Source of the DNA: Asterias rubens | Taxonomy: Eukaryota | DNA length: 64,000 nt | Assembly: GCF_902459465.1 (NCBI RefSeq) | Contig: NC_047077.1 | Location: forward strand, 3,348,001 to 3,412,000 | Direction of reading: 5' to 3' | Shown: positions 58,213 through 64,000 of the stretch, in pieces | Layout: every line of letters begins with the position of its first letter | How positions within the stretch are numbered: position 1 is the stretch's first letter | Made by a program: the position numbers and the translations under genes | The notes under the pieces: generated by a model | The model's input: only the letters and a program-made list of their open reading frames with translations | The model's database searches: none | What the model was told of the DNA's origin: nothing

Positions 58213-60496
58213 GTTCTCTTCCATCCATCCGTATTCAAGTAACTTCTTCAATGAATCTTCTTTGTTGTTTTGATTTTTTTCTTTTGTTCTATTAGCAACA
58301 TAAAAATATCTACTATGCATGAGGGACAGGGAGATATTGGAACATCATTGGCCGAGTGAGAACACCACTCAAAATAGAAGAAGAGTGAAAGCATGATTCT
58401 TACATAAAGGTAACATAAAATTGACAGCAAGTTCGTTTCCTTGAAAAAGATCCAAATAAAATTTTCCCATTACATTAATTTTTAAATAATATTTTTCTTA
58501 TTGATTTGTATTTGGCTAAAAATATACATTTAAGAAAACATTTGAACAAGCAGACCATGATGTACTGTACTTGCATTGTGTGTGGTGATAGAATTCCAAA
58601 GTGCTTGAAAGGTTCCTTTAGTCTGGACAGTGACCTCTTGACATTCAAGTTTGTACCGAAGCCTTGAAGCAAGACCTGATAAGTGGGCTCCTTTATTGCC
58701 ATCAATCAACAATATTTCATACCTAAGCAATATATAGTCCTCTAGGTTATGGTTTATTCATTATCATCAACACGTTTAAGCTTGTGGCAACATTTGCTTG
58801 CTTTGCCAGAGTGTAATATAATGCCATGGAGGCAAGGAACTTTTATAATGTGCATGTGTTGTCCTGTAACTAAGTTTGAATGGATAGGGGTGATGTAGGC
58901 CATGAAATAATTAATTACTGAACATATTAAAGTGTTATGCTGATAAATCTGTAACACATTCAATGATGAACCTGTTACACCAAATGTCTCACTGTAAAAC
59001 ACATGTATTCAGTTATGAGAACTACATATTGCTGTACAGACAAGAAGGGTTCTCCCCAGGTTTTTCCAAAACTGTGAGACATTCAGGACCTATTTTTTTA
59101 AATGTTTTGCCGAGTCACGCTGAATTAAAGGTCTTCGAAATGATTTCTATCTACGGTGTGTTTAGCCTAATGTTTATCTGGTTGAACAACCCTACTCTGC
59201 AATCTGGAGCGTTCTATGTTTTCTCTTAATTTTGTTGTGTAATATTATTATATTTCTTTGCAATTATCAGCTGAAATCATGCATATCGGCACCCAAATTG
59301 CGCGCAATGGCTTGATACACTAGCTTGTGCATGGGGGAAAACCCAGCATGTAATGCAACAACTCACATCATGTAATTGTACATGTACATACATACACCTG
59401 CAGTGTCATTCACCAGGGCTCAATTTATGGCACTGCACACCTCAGAATTATGGGCCTAACGCTTTTAGATGATACTATGGGCCGTAAGCGCAGAATTTTA
59501 ATGACATTGGGCCAAGATGTCTTGCTAACATGACCCTCACCAATCTCTTAATCAATCATCAAGAGATCTTCAAATCAAATGAATTATTTAGAAAAATGTT
59601 TATTTTTTAAATCTCTCTTTATACACTCTACACCTATACAGCCTGGGACTTTCCTGGCCCAACAGAACTAATCAAATCCATTTTGCCGTTCCGCAAATTA
59701 ATTATTCCAATGAGATCTTGAGAATGCAATCTAGATCAGCCTGGAATAAAAACAAGTTGACAGACAGCCACTTATGTTAATGGTTAATCCCTGAAGGATT
59801 ACAGAGTCTTAGTCTGCCAATTGGATTCTTACCACTTTACAATAATGGTCGAGTGCTCAAGGCGCTAGAATTAGTGCTCAAGACTCCCCAAGCTCAACAG
59901 CAACACTATAAAGACTCTCACCGTTTGCTACATCACCAATAACGCAGAATCTCTACTCTTAGTCTTAGATGAGGTTGGAAGGTTGGATGCATATATATTT
60001 CAGTTGGTTGCTTGAATGATTAAAAACCTCTGTAATCTTATTAACAATGAACATGCTGAGATTAAACAAGTACCGACAGTCACCATTGTGACTCATCATC
60101 AATGTTTCTGCTTGAAACGCTATCCAGTACATATTGGAAGGAGAACATTTGTACTGGATATTTTTTCATTAATTTGTAATAAATCGACCCAAAACATTAC
60201 AAAAAACCATCTGGCTAGAACTTATATTATAAACTATAAAAGATGAAATGATGTAGACCTACATGTATTTGAACAATTTGAGTACCAGTAGCATGAGACT
60301 TTTTAGTTAAAAAAAAAGATAATAGCTGAAAAATAATGTACATTCCTCTTGGAGTCCCTCTCCTACAATTCCAAGAAATAATGGTTTAAAAGGGCTGACC
60401 CTTTTACATAGCTGAGTTTTGGTGGAGAGTGCAGGGTTCATGTTAGCCCTATATAGGACTCTTTCTCTGTACACAGATACAGAGTCCTAACTATTA

Positions 60497-61145
60497 AGGC
60501 CCGTTTCTGGGGCGGAAAATTTTCAAAGCTTCATAACTCAAATCTTACCTGCATCAAGCCACTAATTTCAACAGATTCACATTCTATGGCGGCATACATT
60601 TTTCTGCGGTGGGTTTTGGTTGTCATATATTCTTTAAAAATCCGTAATTTTCGTGAAGTAATGCAGCTCCCGACATTAAAATATTCCCGTTTTGATAGTT
60701 TTCTCACAGTGTTGTCTGCTGCCGTGCGTACGCGTATACATTCGCATGCAAGGTGCAAGATGCATGAATTCTTGGTCACCGTATCTCTATGCCGTATCTT
60801 GACTGCACAGCGTTAATTCCCGTTTTGATCATTTTCTCACAGTGTTGTCTGCTGCCGTGCGTACGCGTATACATTTGCGTGCAAGCAAACGCAAGATTTG
60901 CGCGTCGCGCGTCTTGTTACACACGGCAGACTGTGAGAGTACGAACAAAAATGGGAATTCCTTAACGTTGGGAGCTGCATTATTTCATGAAAATGACGGA
61001 TTTGTGAATAATATATGTCGATCAAAACCAACCGCAGAAAAATATATGCTGCCATGGAATGTGACTCTGTTGAAATTAGTGGTTTCTTGCAGGTAAGATT
61101 TGAGTTATGAAGCTTTGAAAATTTTCCGCCCCAGAAATGGACCCT
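60497..61145. mobile_element. Fold-back element with about 230-bp imperfect TIRs
   Basis: Left arm 60497-60730 matches the reverse complement of 60920-61145; internal direct repeat at 60684-60740 / 60817-60875. Confidence 0.8.
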
Positions 61146-63519
61146 GATATCCAGGACGTCACTGTAGTATACGAAAGTGTAAGGCCGCCAGGGCTAGGTT
61201 CATGTTGACCATCCGTCGATCTAATAAGCACAACTCTGCCTTAAATCAATTGAACACCCTCAGAGTTTTGGAGTTCATATGCAGGCCTCGAACTTTGTTG
61301 CAAAGGGCACTTCCATTGGTAAATCCTGAAGTCTATGGGAGAGTTTTGAGAGGATCCAAAGGCCAAAAGTAGAGTAACAATTCAAGGCCTGCACTTGACA
61401 GAAACCGAAACAAGGCTACCCTGCCACTGTAATGTTTTTTTACAGACGACACACCCATTAGTTCTTATACAACAGTTGTTTTGTTTTGGTTGCTATGCAT
61501 TTAGAAGACTTTAATTCTCGACCAATCGGAAATCCTGGATATGACATCACAATGGACCATCCGACCTTTGAGGTCATTTCCTTAATGCCATCCCTTCAAT
61601 GCCAATCGCCCTTAAAATATGTCTACTAGAAAAATATGAGTACATGTGCAAAAAAAAAAAAGTCTCAAGCAGTCATAAAGTTATTGTGAAGTTTTGGATG
61701 AACAATCGGCCTGTGTAGTGTAACTGTTAAACCGGCACAAGACATTGAGAGTTTTTCAATGTCATTTTATTTTGTATAAATGAATTGTTTAATCAAACTT
61801 CAAGGACATTGATAATCCTGATTTCTGGTCTTACATTAAATTGTTTAACTTGTGTTTGGTCAAACTTGGCAATTTAAATGTTCATTACACAAAGTCAATA
61901 AGAGCATGTGCTGCTCTATAACAATTTCACAAAACTGAAGTTTTAACTTTGTTAACTACATTTTGACAGTAACTTTGAGTATAAATATGTTTCTCCTCAT
62001 TTTGGTTCCAACTGGCTTGTTTAAGACTGAGAAAACCTCACGGTTTGGTTTCTATACTCTATAAACCACAGTTTTGCAATCCTACGCTACATGTACTTCA
62101 AGATCACAGGGCGTCAAGCATGTATCCCTCAAGGTTATGTTTAATTTAGTAATGCGCACAAATTAACCCACGCAGCTTAGAAAAAAAATGGGCCACCGCC
62201 AACCTTTGGCAAGTATTTATGGCGACAGCTGTGAATTGATGAGGCATAGCATAAACATTGTAACACAAGACTCAGTCCGCAGATATAAACACACACTTCA
62301 AAGACCCAGATCTCATGTCCACTGTCTACATTTTGTTTGAGTTGCATGGTACTGTATTTACAATTCAAAAGGTATATTTTTCTTGGCCCAATTCTCTCTG
62401 GACTTGATCGATCATATTAGAATCATCTTCAAGTACAACCTCAGTGCACTTCCTGTTTGAAAACTGAAATCAATTTTAATATGGGTGCTCTGACAGCAAA
62501 CAGCTACACTGTACTGTACAAGCAGCCTGTCAATCACCAATGTTCTGACAGACGTAAAGGTTAGGAAAAAAGCGTGTACCAAAAATGTATTGTGCATGAC
62601 ATGTAGGCTTATATGATGCACTGTATCAACTGACTCTGTTCATGGAAAATCTTGGCAAAAAAACAACCGAAGAGCAAGAACCAGAGCACTGGCAGTCACA
62701 TGAAATTTACATGCAATGAACATGGCATGATACTTTGTACTTTGGCTAATAAGCCCCTCCAGCTAAGCAAGATTTCCTGTGCTTAGAAAATTCGCCTGCT
62801 TCTAAAAGTCTATCACTATGACATTTTCTAAGAACAATTTGAAGAAAGAGCAAACAAAGCCAGTGAGTTATTTGGCCCTTCATCCCAAAGTTGATCTATA
62901 TGATGATACGGAAGGCCAATGATCCTAACATAGCCCTATTTAAATGTAGAAGAAACCATGTACATGTACAGTATGTACAACTTTTTAACTACATCAAGAT
63001 TTCAGTAAGTTTAATCAGAAAGTGAAGTCTCAGCTGACTCTAACAGCTTTGTAAGATTGTATTTTGTCTTCCTAAATGCACTCAGTTCATCTCAATGAGT
63101 ATTACACCGTCCATCATGTACAAGTACAAGTACACTGGCATGTCACATAAACAACACAACACCCAAGGAATAATGACCTTGTCAAAAGTTCAAGACACCC
63201 AACTTGAGATCAACCCATAAGTCACTCTGACAGACAATAACACCTCGACTTCACTACATCTTTCTCACATTCCTTTGGCTGAAACCTGTTCACTAATAAA
63301 ATTTCTATTATTTGTGAAATTTGACCTGAGCCGTTGATGTTCAGTGTACTATGGCTTCAATGTATTTCCTTTGTTTATTAGGTACAAAAAGATGACACTT
63401 TATCAAACGGAACCAACATCCAGGGCTGCTATTGCTGATTCAAAGAGAGCTTGGCAGCAGGTCAATGTGAATGTTTTCAATCAATTTTTTTTTAAACACT
63501 GTGTTTAAGAGTATTGTTT

Positions 63520-63635
63520 AAATCTTTGCATGGTGTGGATAAATTTGAAGAAACTATAAATAAATAGTAAACTTGCGGGTACAACCATGTGTAAATCTCT
63601 TTAGTAGGAGTGTTGGCTCTGAAAATAGCCGATGT
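63520..63635 (-). mobile_element. Penelope-like end fragment truncated before the ribozyme motif
   Basis: Matches 49745-49830. Confidence 0.5.
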
Positions 63636-64000
63636 GGTCTCCACACAAGCTTATTATTTTTCATAATCTATAGTTTCTTCCTACTGTGTTATTAATCAGC
63701 AAAATTATGACAAAAACATGGATCTGAAATTCAGGGATGGATAAAATTGAAATTGTAATTGGCATAACAATAGAGGTATTGTCATAACAATAGGGGTATT
63801 GTTAAGGTACAATCGCCTACACAGGGTCACAGAAATAAAAACAAAAGCAAACTTGATTGTTCAAACCAACCTCTTCAACAACACAGTACAAAAGCAAGAT
63901 TGTATTCCAAGGTCTGTCAACCAACCCAGATCAGATTGATACCCAATCTAATTAGTCTGGACACCAGACCAATTTCATCATCAGCTCTGGCCATGACATC

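Noticed and set aside
1-64000. CRISPR array, rRNA or prokaryotic operon/defence system
   Set aside because: No regularly spaced repeat-spacer array, no rRNA-like sequence and no long intronless ORFs; the DNA is eukaryotic.

Overview
AT-rich, repeat-dense eukaryotic DNA, not prokaryotic: it has spliceosomal GT-AG introns, SINEs and MITEs, and no CRISPR array, rRNA or genuine tRNA. The repeat types and the syndecan sequence suggest an invertebrate deuterostome, probably an echinoderm such as a sea star; this is inference. Two multi-exon minus-strand genes were reconstructed by hand, with every splice phase matching. (1) A syndecan, from 54054 to its stop at 40423. It has the diagnostic RxKKKDEGSY...EFYA tail and Ser-Gly GAG sites, plus an unexpected SEA-like module containing a GSLVV motif and a candidate 12-nt microexon. 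Its signal-peptide exon was not found. (2) An uncharacterised gene of 18 or more exons (ATG 29069 to at least 989, about 1111 codons). It encodes a Pro/Lys/Glu-rich, largely disordered protein with Cys/His clusters and a charged helix, and carries RFX X-box motifs that hint at a ciliary or flagellar role. Between the two genes is a triplicated 1.4-kb unit (31572-35776). The introns hold TTAA-flanked Kolobok-like MITEs, several tRNA-derived SINE-like families (Deu-, V- and Meta-like cores), long fold-back elements, and Penelope-like ends whose 42-nt minimal hammerhead-ribozyme motifs show helix II covariation between copies.
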